Assembly (NCBI GenBank): GCA_000708835.1 | Contig: DF237009.1 | Location: 186,001-250,000, forward strand | Direction of reading: 5' to 3' | DNA: 64,000 nt | Source of the DNA: Klebsormidium nitens | Taxonomy: Eukaryota > Plantae > Klebsormidiophyceae | In this document: positions 13,201 through 26,300 of the stretch, piece by piece | How positions within the stretch are numbered: the first letter of the stretch is position 1 | Layout: each line of letters begins with the position of its first letter | Made by a program: the position numbers and the translations under genes | The notes under the pieces: generated by a model | Database searches by the model: none | Told to the model about the DNA's origin: nothing | What the model saw: only the letters and a program-made list of their open reading frames with translations

Positions 13201-16200
13201 TAATTTCCATGCAGGCAAACCACCTTTTGGAGCTCTTCAACATGGCCCCCTCAGGACCCCGCCCGGCTCCGCCAACCGCAGAGCAGCCATCCGCCGCTGG
13301 TGATGTCATAGACGAAGGGGATTGGGAGCAGGTCAAGACGAAACCGCGCACCAAGCCACTGAAAGTCCAACCGGGCAACTCATATGGCCGGCAAGTAGGG
13401 TCTCCGACAGGGCCTTCTACTCCGAGGCGGAGAGCAGAGGGGCCGAGGCCCGGACACCAGGGCCCTGTTGGGAACGGAGACGTTGGTGGTGGTAGAGGGG
13501 GCCCTGACAGGTGGCGGCCGGATGGCGGCGACTGGGCAGCGCGAGCGGGGGGAAGGCAGCATACAGGTTCTGTCTGGGGAGCGAGAGAGGGTGCCGCAAA
13601 GGAAGGCGGTGCAAAGGAGGGGGCTTTGAAAGAGGATGCCGGTGTGGGGAGAGCTGAAGAGAGGGGCAGCAAGGCGGAGGTTCGTGAGAACGGCATCCTG
13701 GAAACAGGGCCTGCGAAGCTCAGTCCGAGGAAGCCTGGAGCGCAGGCGGCGAAGGAGGCCCCGTTTTCGAGCCCGCGAGAGGCGGGGATTTTGGGCAGCG
13801 GCAGTGCAGCAGTAGAGCAGGCAGAGGGGAAGGGACAGGTTGCGGAGAGCGTGACCACGGTTGCTGATCCCCCTGCGAAACCGGGAAAAGCGGCAGTTAA
13901 GAGCAGCACGTTTTCTTATAGTGCAGCTCTCAAGGTGGGACTCCCAGCCAAAATGGAGGACATTAGCGCGAGCGAGAAAGGCAGGGGAGGGGCATCGGAC
14001 ACAGCGGGAAAAGCAGGGGGGGCGGAGAACGAGAGTGGCGAGGTGTTCCCGGTGCTTAGCAAGAGTAACTCAAAGAACGAGAGGGTTGCGAAGGCGCCAA
14101 AGAAGGAGCACGTTGCCGTCGTCGTGAAGAACGAGGATGGGGAGACAAAGGATGCTGACAGGAAGGACACCGAGAAGAAGGACGATGAGAAAGAGGATGC
14201 CGTGAAAAAGGATGGCGTTGAGAAAAGCGGTAAGAAAGGAGATGGGGAGAAGAAAGCGGAGGCGTCGAAAGTGGGGGATGATATGAGCGAAAAGAAGGAC
14301 GGGAAGAAAGTCGAGGCAAAGAAAGACGCGGAGAAAGCTGCGGGGGACAGGAAAGAGGCGCCGAAGAGCAAGGGCGATCCGTTGCAAGCGCCAAAGAGCC
14401 CAAAGAGCAAAAGCGAAGCGGGCGAGGCGTTGGTTGGGGCGCAGAAAGCGGAGCCATCGCCGCCGGCTAAGCCCGAGCCCGTCAAAGCTCCTGAAAAGCC
14501 GAAGCCGAACCCCTGGGGTAAGCTGCCGACGCCGATCGAGCCGGTGTCTCTCGCGGAAGTGCAGCAAAAGGAACAGGAGCAGCAAGCGGAGCTGTCACAC
14601 GCCGCCCGAAGGGAGCCTCAGGCGAAGCCCGCGATAGGAGACAGAGAGGGTGCTGTAGACAGGACGAAAGAAGCTGTTGCTTTGCACGAGGGGGGTGAGC
14701 GGAGAGAGGCGGCCAAGCCAGTGGGGCGGGGGTGGGAAGCTAAGAAGCCCGAACTCCAGCAACCGGTGGTGCAGGTGCAAGCGCCCCAAAAGGGAGGGGG
14801 TGCGTTCGCTCCGCCGCTGCGGCAGAAGACACCCCCCCGGATGCAGCATCCGCAGCCCCTTGCCGCAAGACGGGGGGAGCCGGCGCCTGTAACGGACCTG
14901 TCGGCGCTGCCCCCCTCTGCGCCGGAACGGATCCAGCAGCGCAGTATGGGAAACTTGGTGGGGGGCATCCCCGCCAGGAATCGGACCCCCCCCCTCAGTC
15001 ACCATAGCCACCGGCCGCAGCCAGTGCAGGTCCCGGCCCCCCAGAGCCTCGGCACGGGGGTGCGAATAAGCCCCACCGCAACCCCGTACACCCCCAACTC
15101 AGCCGGGTTTACCCCATCCGCGACCCCGTTCACACCGTCGGGCCGGCTCTCCCCGGGCCTCCGAGGATACGGCCCCCCGATGGGGGTGCTCCAAACGCCC
15201 CCCCCGATGTTTGCGGCCGACCCTAGCCTGGCGTACGACCAGAGCTGGCGCATGCCTCGGGGGCGCAACGCGCCCCCCCCCTCGTGCAAACGGGGGGGTC
15301 GCGCCGCCCATGGTCTACAGCCCCACGACTCCCCCTGACTACGGGTATGCGCTCGCGGCGCTGTCTCCGTCCTCGCAGCCAGGGACGCCGCTGGGGCCCC
15401 CGGCGATGGCGACGCTCGTGGGCGGGGGGTTGCTGCCGCCCCCCCCGCCGGAACTGCTGGCGAACGCAGACGCGCTGCACTGGGAGGTGCTGCGGTACGC
15501 GGAAAAGGCGCGACGGACGCCCGAGGCGCGCGCGCGTGCGGAGAGCGCGGTGCTGTGCGTGCGGCGGGCGATCCAGGCGCTGTGGCCGGCGGCAGATGTC
15601 GAGGTAGGGGCAGAGTTTTGTTGCAAGGCGCGTCCAGGATGATAGGTTCCTGGGTTCGGAACATAGGGGTTCAAGAACTAACACACTCTGGATTTGGGTC
15701 TTAGGGGTTCAATGTTTGGCCCGGAGTTACGGTTCGAGGCGACTCCGCCCGTGGCTTGAGTTGATCAGCTTCAAAGTTGTTTGTTTTTCATCCTGAGGCC
15801 GTATCCTCGCAATGGCACAGCTTCTATCCGCAAATGTTTGGCTCCTCGTCCACTGGCCTCTGCCTCCCTCACAGCAATTTGACTGCTTGGCCGTGTTGTT
15901 GCCTTTCACCAACTAGTCTGCCGGCTGAAGCTCAGGCTGCTTTTCATCAGCTTCGAGATAGTCGTTTAGTTCCTGATGGTTGTTCTACCGCACCGTCAAG
16001 ATTTCCTCTTCGCGAAGGTTTCGGTTCCTTGTCACCACATTTTTGTGGTACATCTCCTCCTCACATGTCGGCCCCTTCTCTCCACAGATTTTCGGCTCCT
16101 TCTCCACCGGCCTCTGCCTTCCCCACAGCGACGTCGACCTGGCAGTCGTCGGCGCCCCTCCCCCTCCCATAGAGCTCGCCAACGTTCCCGGGGGCCGCCC

Positions 16201-19200
16201 GCTGGTGCCGCTCATTAGAGAGCTGGCCGCGGTGCTTCGAACCAGCCCCTGGCTCGACACCCTCACGACCATCGAAACCGCGTCCATGCCCGTGATCAAG
16301 CTCCGATGCAAGCCCGGGTGGGAAAACGATTCCGCTCCGGGGGGTTCGGAAGAGAGCGGATCGACGGGGGGTACCGAGACGGACGCATCGAAGGGGGGTG
16401 CGGAGGAGAGCCAATCTCAGGGGGATGCGGAGAAGAGCCAATCGACAGGGAGTCCGGAGGAAGGCGAATCGGTCTCGGGGGCTGCGAAGGAGAACGAGGA
16501 AGCGCCGGGGAAAGAGAGCGACGCTGAAGAGCGTCAGAGCGAAGCTTCGGGGGGGGAAAGGAGCCCCAGCCAGGCGCCCCCCGTTGCGATTGATATCACG
16601 ATCATGGGCAGGAGGGGTCAGCCGATGGGGACGGACGGGAAGGAGGGGCCGCCGCCAAAGAGCCAGCACAACGGCGCGTCGGCGCGCCAGTTTGTGATTG
16701 AGCGGTTGCAGAGGCTGCCGGCGCTTGCCCCACTCGTGAGTATTCGAGAGCGCTAGTTCCAGCTCTGGCTTGTGTGGTTTAGATTGTTTTACCGTCACAT
16801 TCTCTCTGAGATGCAACCTTAGCAGAGCGCCACATATTCCTCGGTCATCTTTGCGGTCAGTTTCAGATCTTCTGCTGTTGGTCGCGGAAGAGATCCACAG
16901 AGCAGCCTCAGAAGCAGCGGAAATCATCGGAGGCAGCAATCTGCCCACGTTCTCTCGATAAAGTCCTCAACAGAGCTCAAGGAATGCCTTGCAGAACGAG
17001 ACTGGTGCTCTGTCTTACAGACGGGTTAGCTCGGAGGTTTCGATTCGTGGCAGTTCTCTTTCGTGATATTTCCTCCTCTTTGACTTCACTGTCGCCCCAG
17101 GTTTCACATGCTCTTTGCTTCGGGCGAGTGGATACTGGTTTTGGACCTTTTATCCAATCAATGAGAGAGAATGCGCGTGCCCTTTGCTGGTAGCTTGTGT
17201 TGTGGCTCGCGCGATGAATTGGCTGACCCGGGGACTTTTCAGACCACAATTTTCTCTTTTAGTCTGCTCTTCTCTCTTTGGGTCAGCCATGCCGCATAGC
17301 AGCATAAGTCAGCGTTCAGTCGTGCATTCATGTCGCAAAGATGGCGAAGATATACGGCCTCTCTTCTGCAGGTGTTGCTGCTCAAGTCCTACCTCCACCA
17401 CCGAGGCCTCAACGACGTTTACACGGGCGGTCTCGGCTCCTTCTCCCTCACATTAATGCTAGTGTTCTACTTAGAGGTGGGCTCCTAACTTGCACCAGCA
17501 ATGCTGCGCTTTTGGGGCTTTCAAAAACTCCCATCTTTCTTGGCGATGTACACCCAATTGGGGGCAAAATGTGTCCTCCTGACCTTTCAAGTTGCGCAGA
17601 ACGTGCAAGATTTCTCCGCTCTGTGTTCGTTGCTAAACAACTTTTTACAGGGTGGCTTCTTCGCTCTGAAGCTTGGTCAGTGTGGCAACTTGATAGCAAT
17701 GCTTAGATGGTTTGACATTCGGAAGCAAAAAATGGTGATTGAATGTTCCAAAAAATGGCCTCAACAAGATGACCTTCCGACATGGTACTTTTGCAGCCCT
17801 TCCGATCCTCGTCACAGCACGTGCTCATTGGAGACAGGACAATGTTTGCTGTTGTGAAGTGAGAATGGCTTGGGTAATTATCGCCGTCTTTTGTTGGTGC
17901 ATAGGTTCTGCAACTCAAGAAACTCTAAATTTTCTCCCCGAAGTCATGTTTTGTTCAGAGTATTTCCGTTCAAAAAAGCAGTGCAACGCTCTGGTCCCCC
18001 CTTTCAGCTCCTAAGAATAATCAGTCTGCGATTACGCCGTGTTCGTCTGACGTTCCTGTTTTTCCATCTGCAGCGAGTAGCCTTCATACCCATGGAGGCT
18101 CCCCCGGTTCCGGTTGCGTCCACGAGCGGTAACGATGCTTCGGCCGGCGTTAATGCTTCTGCCCCAGCAGCAACTAGAGCGGCCGCCGAAATCCCGGGCA
18201 AAGAATCCAGTGATCCAACGACTGCGCCCGAAACGAGTTCAATCAGCGAGGAGACAGACCAAAAGAGCGTAGGTACTGCAGACGAAGACCCCAGCAATGC
18301 GGCGAAAACAACTAGCGTGAGCGGAAACGACGAGGAGCCAGAGAGTATACGGGGGACAACGAGAGCGGGGGGAAAAGTCGTGGGGATGACGGAGCCCGCG
18401 GACTGGCTCACGTCGGGGCCGATGCCGAACCTGGGGGCGCTGCTGATCGGGTTTTTGCACCTGTTTGGGAACGAATTAGATCTAGCGACCGTGCGTTTAG
18501 TGCTGAAGGTAAGTGCTGCTTTGTCTGTGCCGTCAGAACGCTGATTAGAAGGGGCTCATCTGGAAACATTTTGAAAGGGCGTTGGAGATCCGGCGGCAAT
18601 CTGGAAGCTGACGAACCACGTTTGCAGTTTACGCTCGCAGTTTTGTCGTAGGGACCACCCGTGAATCATGACCCAGCCTCTATGCAAACCTGGAACGTAA
18701 CCCCGAATCTGAGATGCTGTTGCTTCTGATAGTTGTTCACAAATGCATGATTTCGGCTGTTGCGTCAGTGAGCTTCTCTGAATTACCTCTGCGGGGACGA
18801 GCTTGATGCGGAGATTGAGCTCACAAGTGGGTTCTGAGGACGGCTCAGAAATGTGGTTTTGACGAGAGAAACAGGATCCAGAATACCTTGATTGCATATG
18901 CTGATAGCTAGTAGTCGGCTTTCCGACGAAGTAAGGTTGCGCGTTGACTGAAAACCTACTTGGCCTCCAGTGTTGCCTTTCAGTACCGGCAGGTAGGAGG
19001 TACGGTACCTTTCAGGCCATAGTACCCTTCTGGTATGTACCTTGGTTTACCACGTGGATCGAACAAGCCATCCGATTGGCTGCAAAATCTGGAAAGCTTT
19101 TTGCAGCTTTTCGGTCGACGGCACCCTAAATTCTTCAACAACCAAAAGGCAGACTGCTGAGCGTTTCGGCTGCGTGTTGCAGAGTAACGGCCAGAACGGG

Positions 19201-19963
19201 GGCATCTTCTACCACGACAAGCTGACGCGGCCGGTGGCGCTGTGGATCGACGACCCGCTGCGGCCGGGGGCCAATATCGGGGCGGGCTCGTTCGCTATGT
19301 ACAACGTGCAAGTGAGTCTACGGTTTGCTGTTTGACTTTTTCGTATCGCGTTCTGCCGTCACTTTTCTCGTGTCTTCGTTGGGTACCTGGTGTCCCGTAT
19401 CTATCTCGTGGGATCCGCAGAGGGTTTGGCGGTTTCCTGTCACCTCATGTCCCCTCACTTGCATCGCTTTCTGTCGTTACGTCTCTTTCGTGTTTATTTG
19501 ATAATTAGTCTCCCGTAGCCATGTTGTGGGATCCGCAGAGGGTTTGGCGGTCTTAGGGTGCTCTTGTTTGGGCACTTGTTCTCGTTTGCATTTTCCTCAG
19601 GCAGATTTTAACAGTGATTTCGCTCTAGGTTGCAGTCGCTTTGCTCTCGGCACCTAAGATCGTTGGCCCTTTTTTCGAAGCATCCGTCTTTTTTCGGACT
19701 CCAGCACGTCATTGAAAGCGTCCGCTGCCTCAGAAAGCCTCTCTATCATCTGTGCTTTGCAAATTCTCTGCACTTTTTGGGCGACGCAGCAAACAGCAGC
19801 GCTGACACGTGCCGCCCCTCTGTTGGCCCAGGCCGCCCTTCGAGAGATGCTGAAATTCCTGTCGACTCCCCGGGTGGCGCCTCCGCGGTTTACGGACGAG
19901 TCGTCTCTGATAGAGCAGCTATTCAGCCAGGTATACCCGGAGCGAGTTTTGAGCCGGACGTAG
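10290..19963 (+). CDS. DCD (development and cell death) domain + long disordered region + TRF4/TENT4-like non-canonical poly(A) polymerase (~1447 aa; one frameshift in the assembled sequence)
   Basis: join(10290..10476,11778..11878,12423..12521,12730..12849,13215..15603,16088..16735,17372..17476,18074..18508,19183..19311,19832..19963). DCD motifs: GGHLFLTNHQQIEENFARQIFG-LP...GLPLFLYN...LHGVFEA, SKFPAQVRF. NTase motifs: LHWEVLRY, IFGSFSTGLCLPHSDVD, VAIDIT, LKSYLHHRGLNDVYTGGLGSFSL, NLGALLIGFLHLFG, LWIDDPLRPGANIGAGSF. Two donors are GC. Exon 5 is one base too long. Confidence 0.85.
15829..15872 (+). repeat. Acceptor-side echo of the catalytic exon starting at 16088
   Basis: cgcaa|atgtttggctcctcgtccactggcctctgcctccctcacagc (MFGSSSTGLCLPHS, acceptor destroyed) versus cacag|attttcggctccttctccaccggcctctgccttccccacagc. 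Confidence 0.85.
19392..19556 (+). repeat. Purely intronic tandem duplication
   Basis: gtgggatccgcagagggtttggcggt occurs twice, about 120 nt apart, with similar upstream flanks. Confidence 0.8.
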
Positions 19964-22900
19964 TTTGCGGAGGCATTCGAATCGTACATCTCTTAATGTA
20001 CAGTAGAGGGAAAACTTTGCAAGCCCCCCTATTGTCGATGCTTGTGCAGCGAGTGGAAACGCACTGAAATGCAGAGTCCAGGTCGAAGCCTCTTTTGTCT
20101 TCCTTGATCCTCTCCAAAGCAGATTTGAGCCTCTGCTAGGAAAGAGCCGCAGATTGCCCTACTGATCAGACGGGTTCAGTAGTAGTGAGGTCGTTTACGA
20201 CGGGACCATGGGGACCATGCCATGGCTACTAAAGACAGGTTGCTGAATTGCATGGCTCTATTGGCAGCCTGACCCGAACCACCTGCGTTGCGGGAAGCTA
20301 CATTGACACGAACTGATCTTAGGAGTGATAAATATGACGCCATGTGGAGCACTTATCGGAACGGATCGTAGATAGGGGTGGGTATTTAGAGATAGTTGGG
20401 CCCTGTGTTAGCTGTCCTATCACGCACTCCTAGGAGGTCAAGGAATTTTGGAACACTGCCTCTGCTTCGCCCTCGGAAAGCCATGAAGAAGGTGCTTAAG
20501 ATTCAAGCATTTGAGTCCTGTGTATAGTGTACTTCTGGCTATGAGCTGGTTGGGTTAGCGCAGAGTTGGGATCTGGCTTTTTGTTGCATATGATGTTAGT
20601 CCATTGAACCGATCGTCGACGTTCATGTTACAAGTACGTCTGGTCGTATATATTGCAGTCATTTAGAAATCGGAATAATACATGCACGTGAGCTGATATC
20701 GCTGCAAGACTGCGCATGACACGCCAATGTACATGCACATGTGTCACGCAAAATTATAAGCTCTGTCACTACATTTTGTTTCGCGAGCTTCCTAGTGGCT
20801 AGCGTGCATTTTGATAAAGATTGAATATCTAGCTATACGCGCTGGAGTTGGACCACGATATAATTTGATTGGATTGATCTCAGCTTCACTGGACGTAAGC
20901 TAGCTTTGCGCTAGTGGCGTTTATGTAGCCAAGCTCAACTTCGCACAGAGCTGCAAGCAGGGCGGCTAGCTGGCAGTCGTGCGGCTCATGCCTACAAGTG
21001 TAAGATGATTTCTCCAACTTCTTTCTTGAGTTGAGCATCTAGAGCTTTGGGATGGATATTTCACCAAACTCGGTTTGAAGGTTGGATCTGATAAAGCTGC
21101 CAATGAAGGATGAACAAATGAATTAGTTGCTTGTACCATGCAGCTGCCTTCATGAAAGCAACACGCTTCCTCATATGAACGCGACCTCTGGACCTTTGGC
21201 ACTGCTTGCACAATGACGCTTAGTTTCAGAGTAGAAGGTCCAAGTAGACTTCCCGTTCTATGATTCCAAGTCTTGACATCATTTCACGTGGTGGAATGGT
21301 GCTTGCTGAGACTTGATAAAGTGAGCGAGCGCTATGTCGAGATGAGGCATGCGCGAATGGCGCCCGAGCTCCGTGTGAGTCGCCTCAAAATGCAACGTAA
21401 AGCCTCCATTCCAACTTCAAGCAATCCATTACCTTAAGGACTCTGACTTACTCTGAGAAGACAAGAAAGCCTGAATGCTGAATGACATGGGAGAATCGTG
21501 GAGCTGTATTTGCAGAAGGCGTTCGACGCGGAGTGATCCCCGGAGGACCCTGAAGAAATTGGATTCCTGTGTGAGAGCATCCGTCGATGCAGAGAAATCG
21601 ACGCTGCTGAGGATTCGCCTGTCAGCGCAGAGTGGCACACAGATGCCGTTGGATACGACGCGCTCCATAGTCTTTGGATCGGACGGTCAAAGATGGATTT
21701 GGCGATCAACCGTCGTCTGATTGGCTGCCGCTCGCCGGAACAAAACTGGGTACGGCCGGGCCAAGCATGTTGTTGAGAGTACCGTCACGTGCGTACAGTT
21801 GTACCTTACCTATACCGTAGTGCAGGCATGCAGAAAATCGGAGCTCAGTCTCCAGATTGATGACTCACTAAGTAGTTGGAGCTGAGCTGCTCCACAGAGC
21901 CACCTGAGGCAGCGCGGCAGCTCCAGCAAACAAACGTTAATTAAGCTGGCTAGTCACACCAGTTTACTAAACGAGCTCAATGAAGACGGGTGGGGTTAAG
22001 GGCCGTGAGCACGGATGCGGGAGCAGGCAAAGATATTTGGGTTTAAGTGTTGCTTTAGTCTTCTTTTGAGTTGGTTCAATCATAATAATCACGAAATCAG
22101 CCAAAATCTCGACACGCCTCATTGCCGCAGCCTGAGTGCTTCAGTGCAGTCATTGAGCCAACTAATTGAAGCCTGCAGCTCATAGCTGGCCACTGGTTTT
22201 AGATAACACTTGATCCAGTTGAAGCTGACCTTCCTAAACGTGGCTGTTTGCGGGCCTGGGCCGCTGTCACGGATGAGGAAACGTAGGACTGATGACGTCA
22301 TTGGGATGTCAGGGCTTTCTCCTGGCACCCCTCAGCTAGCACTCCCGTCTTCTCTTCTGCATGAGCAGCCGTTAGCTTCGGAACTTTATATTACAACATC
22401 GGCAGTGTCTGAGGGCAAGACTCAATCCGGCCGCTGTTCAATCTGTGTTGACACCGAAACTGGTGACCAAAGGAAGAAACAGCTGGTCTGCTAATGGCGC
22501 CCGATTTGATGGAGGGGGCAGCCCGCCAAAGAGCCAAGGGCGAGCTTTCTGCAATTTGCGGATCCAAATGAGCTTACCCGTGAACATAAGGTTATGCTGA
22601 GTTGCGAACAAAACGCTATGCTGAGCTACATCATTAGGAAGGTTCCAAAATGACCCCAGGTGAGCTCCGCTAGCTGACGAGATTGCCATACGGAGCTCGT
22701 CTGCTACACTCGCTCGAGCGTGTCACACCTTTCTGCTTTCATGAGTCAGATTCTTCCATGCATTTGACACTAGGTGCGAACTGCGAGTTGCAAGTTGAGG
22801 TGCCACCTTCAAGTGCATAAATTTACAGAACGGGCAGTCCCTTGGGAAGATTCAAAGGCTGACGTCGCGATCGTGCTGCTCCATGTGCGAACCCCCCTGT

Positions 22901-23318
22901 TCTGCACATGCAGATGAACAACCCCTGCTAAGCTTGCACCCCCAGAGGGTTTCAGGTGGAACGGCCACCAAAGCAGCGGACCTGCGCACGGCAGCTTGCC
23001 CGCACACCATCAGCCCAAGTCTACTTAGGGGCTTTTGACAGGTTGACAATAGATAAGTAGCACCGACCCATCCCGCGTCCGGCAGCTCGTGGGCCAAAAC
23101 AATCTCTGCTGCCCTTAAGGACTCTGGTTAGGGGCTTAGCAACAGACTGACCGTACTTAGACGACGCGCAAATCAGATACGGAAGCTGCTTCCCCCAAAG
23201 GCTAATCTTCTAGCACAAGATGTGTGAGAAGGCAGCTGGCAAAGCTCATCGGGGCGGGGACGGATCCAGGTCGCGGCACCCCCCCAAGTCGGAACCAGAT
23301 GTCCCTTCCCTCACCAAA

Positions 23319-26300
23319 ATGTCCCCAGCGCTTTGGCGGGCCCTCAGCCGAGGTTTCGGCGACCGCACCGGGACAGTCCCCCTAGTCTTGGCGCTTTTGG
23401 TCGCCCTCAGCCTTTTCTCGTCGTGCTTCTCGGAAGTCCAAATCGAGGGGGCCTACTCGGATTACATGCAACGGGTGCTCTCGTCGATAGTCACCCCTCC
23501 AAAAGTGTATCCGGGGTTGATTAAACGGCACGGGGTGAAGTTTCCGCGGGTGTCGCATGCGCACGGGGACGGGGATTTGGCTGAGGATGACAAGGGAGGG
23601 TTCAGTAGAGAAGCAACGGTTTTCGGGGAAGAACGTGGGGTCTCCGGATCAGCAGTTCGGGAGCTTTCGGAGGCAGTACGCGAGAAGATAGGGATCGTCC
23701 AAACAGTGTTCAATCCTGCGCAGGGGGCCTTCCTTGTGACGGCAAATAACTCAAGTCTGGTAGAGGAAGTCGGCAGTTCCGGCCAGCTGGTCAGCGTTGG
23801 TAACCTAGTGCTTAACCTCACTAACCCGAGCCTGATCAACCTCACTAATCCGATCATACTCGATCCCCTCGTCCTGCCTAACCCAGTGAACTCGAGCCTG
23901 GCTAAACACGAGGGTTTGAGCTTAGTTACGCTGAACCTAAGCTCAGGTCTCAACGTCAGTCGAGTCACGCCGCCCCCGGTCGTTCTCACGTCGACCGGGG
24001 GCAAGTCGAGCTCAAAGGGTATGATGCCGACGCCCAAGTTTTGGCCGGCCGCGTTTTACAAGCCCGGGAGCGCCGCTTATGATAAGCGCTGCGACCTCGG
24101 GGACGGGGAGTGGGTTCTCGGGCCGAAACGGATGAACATCTCCAACTGTCCGTTTGCGTCGCAAACGAAGGAACGGTGCGCGTGGCGCTTTGCGCGGGAG
24201 CCCAACTACCGGGACTTCCGGTGGCAGCCGCGCGGCTGCGCGCTGCCGGAGTTTGACGCCAGGTGAGAGCGGCTGACTGAGGGGCGGTTGCGAATTCCAG
24301 ATGGTGTCAAGTATGTGGAGCTCTCCCAAGAAGAAAGGGGCCGAGCTTCGATGCCTTAATATAACAGAGACATTTTGGGTGAAGCAGTCACTCTAGGAAT
24401 ATTGTGTGAAGGTGCGCATATTTGACACGTAGTAATTGTATGCAAATTGTGGATAAGAGCCAATGGAAGGCGACTGAACGACTTCTGTAGCAACAGGAAA
24501 AAGAGAAATGTGGTCACCCAGGCACCAAGCGAAGCACGCTTATGGAGGAGCCCTTTCAGACCTCCCGAAATTTCAAGCCTTCATCTTTCAACAACCAGCG
24601 CTTGAACAATCAAGCTTTCAGGTTTCGGGAAGATCTGAGAATCACTGTTCATCGTCCTGGAGCTTCTTCAAACCAATCGGACATCTCCGTAAGGTCTCCG
24701 CACAGGACCTTCTTACTACTCTGGCCCAACAGGACGATTCTCGCAAAGCCAACTCCATCAAAGACTTGCATTGATACGTGTCAATTCTTTCAATGCTGCA
24801 CCAACAGGACAACATTTGCAGCGCTCCTTGTAATCTCAAGCTCCCTCTAAACATCCAGTCTTTCCGCGCAGCTCCTTCTTACACCGGTGGGCCAACAAGA
24901 CGATCCTCGTCGCGGGGGACTCGCTCGGCCGCAACTTCTACGGCTCCTTCATGTGCCACCTGTCGCACGGGGGATCCCTCAACTTGGACGCGAACGCGAG
25001 CGCGGCCGCGGGGTTCCAGATCTTCCGGAACGAGGAGCACAACATCACGATCGGGCGGGCGATGTCCGAGTTTCTGGTGATGAAAGAAACCAGTCAAGAG
25101 GCGTTCTCGCGCCTTAATCAGGTATGGCGTTAACCATTGTTGGTTAGCCCTGTAAGGCCTCTTCGTAACCTCTACTAATAGGGTTTGGGCAGCCTGATAG
25201 TCGCGAATCAGGCGTTGAGCTCAGGCGTTGAGCGCATTAGCTAGCAGTTCACTTTCCTGGTGAACAAGAGATTTGTTTTCCAACTTGACTAAGCGCGTCA
25301 ATTATCGTCGTGTAAACCAACCAGGGTTACTGAGCATGCCGTCAACCATGTTTGTAGGCCGTCGGGTGAAGCAATGTTTCCGGAATCCGCTCGCCAAACC
25401 TGCTCTCATTGTGACCGAAATATCTCCCGGCACTTCTCTTGGGGCCGCAGTTGCGGATCTGTCGAGGCTTATCACTCTTTCCGTGCAGACCGCCAAACGG
25501 TAACCGGCCTTTTCTAACGTCGGTCGTTCAAAGCTCTTGAACATCAGGAAAAGCTCAGAGTTCTGCGGCAGCCTTCGGAAAGCCGAATAGAGTCCTTTCT
25601 CAAGGTCTCAGGACACGTCGCGCCCTTTTCAAACCATCGGGCCAAGCCCTTCCTCTCTCATCTTCGTTCTCATGCCCGCTTCGTTCCGAGCGTCGAGATA
25701 CGCGCATTAGCAGATTGCCACAAAAAAATCTTTTGCATTCTCACCATCAATTCGGCGTCCGATGTCATTCTGACTGTCGCTCTCGCGCGCTCGCAGACGA
25801 TTGAAAAGTATCGGTTCGTTCCCAGCTCGAAGAACCGTTTCCGCATTCTCAAAGCTTCGCTTCGATCTGAACCCCGCTCTCCCCGCGCTCGCAGACCGCC
25901 GGGAAGAACGGGTTCATCCTCCAGATCGACCGGGCCGACCCGCTGTGGGCCATACTAATCCAANNNNNNNNNNNNNNNNNNNNNNNNNNNNNNNNNNNNN
26001 NNNNNNNNNNNNNNNNNNNNNNNNNNNNNNNNNNNNNNNNNNNNNNNNNNNNNNNNNNNNNNNNNNNNNNNNNNNNNNNNNNNNNNNNNNNNNNNNNNNN
26101 NNNNNNNNNNNNNNNNNNNNNNNNNNNNNNNNNNNNNNNNNNNNNNNNNNNNNNNNNNNNNNNNNNNNNNNNNNNNNNNNNNNNNNNNNNNNNNNNNNNN
26201 NNNNNNNNNNNNNNNNTTCTCCAGATCGACCGGGCCGACCCGCTGTGGGCCCGACTGCTGCCCCGCGCGGACCTACTGATTCTCAACTCGGGCCACTGGT

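Noticed and set aside
13187-15684. Multiple long minus-strand ORFs
   Set aside because: Antisense shadows of the large GC-rich exon of the DCD-NTase gene.
20070-23200. Possible hidden gene or transposon remnant in the 3-kb intergenic region
   Set aside because: Only short ORFs without recognisable domains; no TIR/TSD or LTR pair found by eye.
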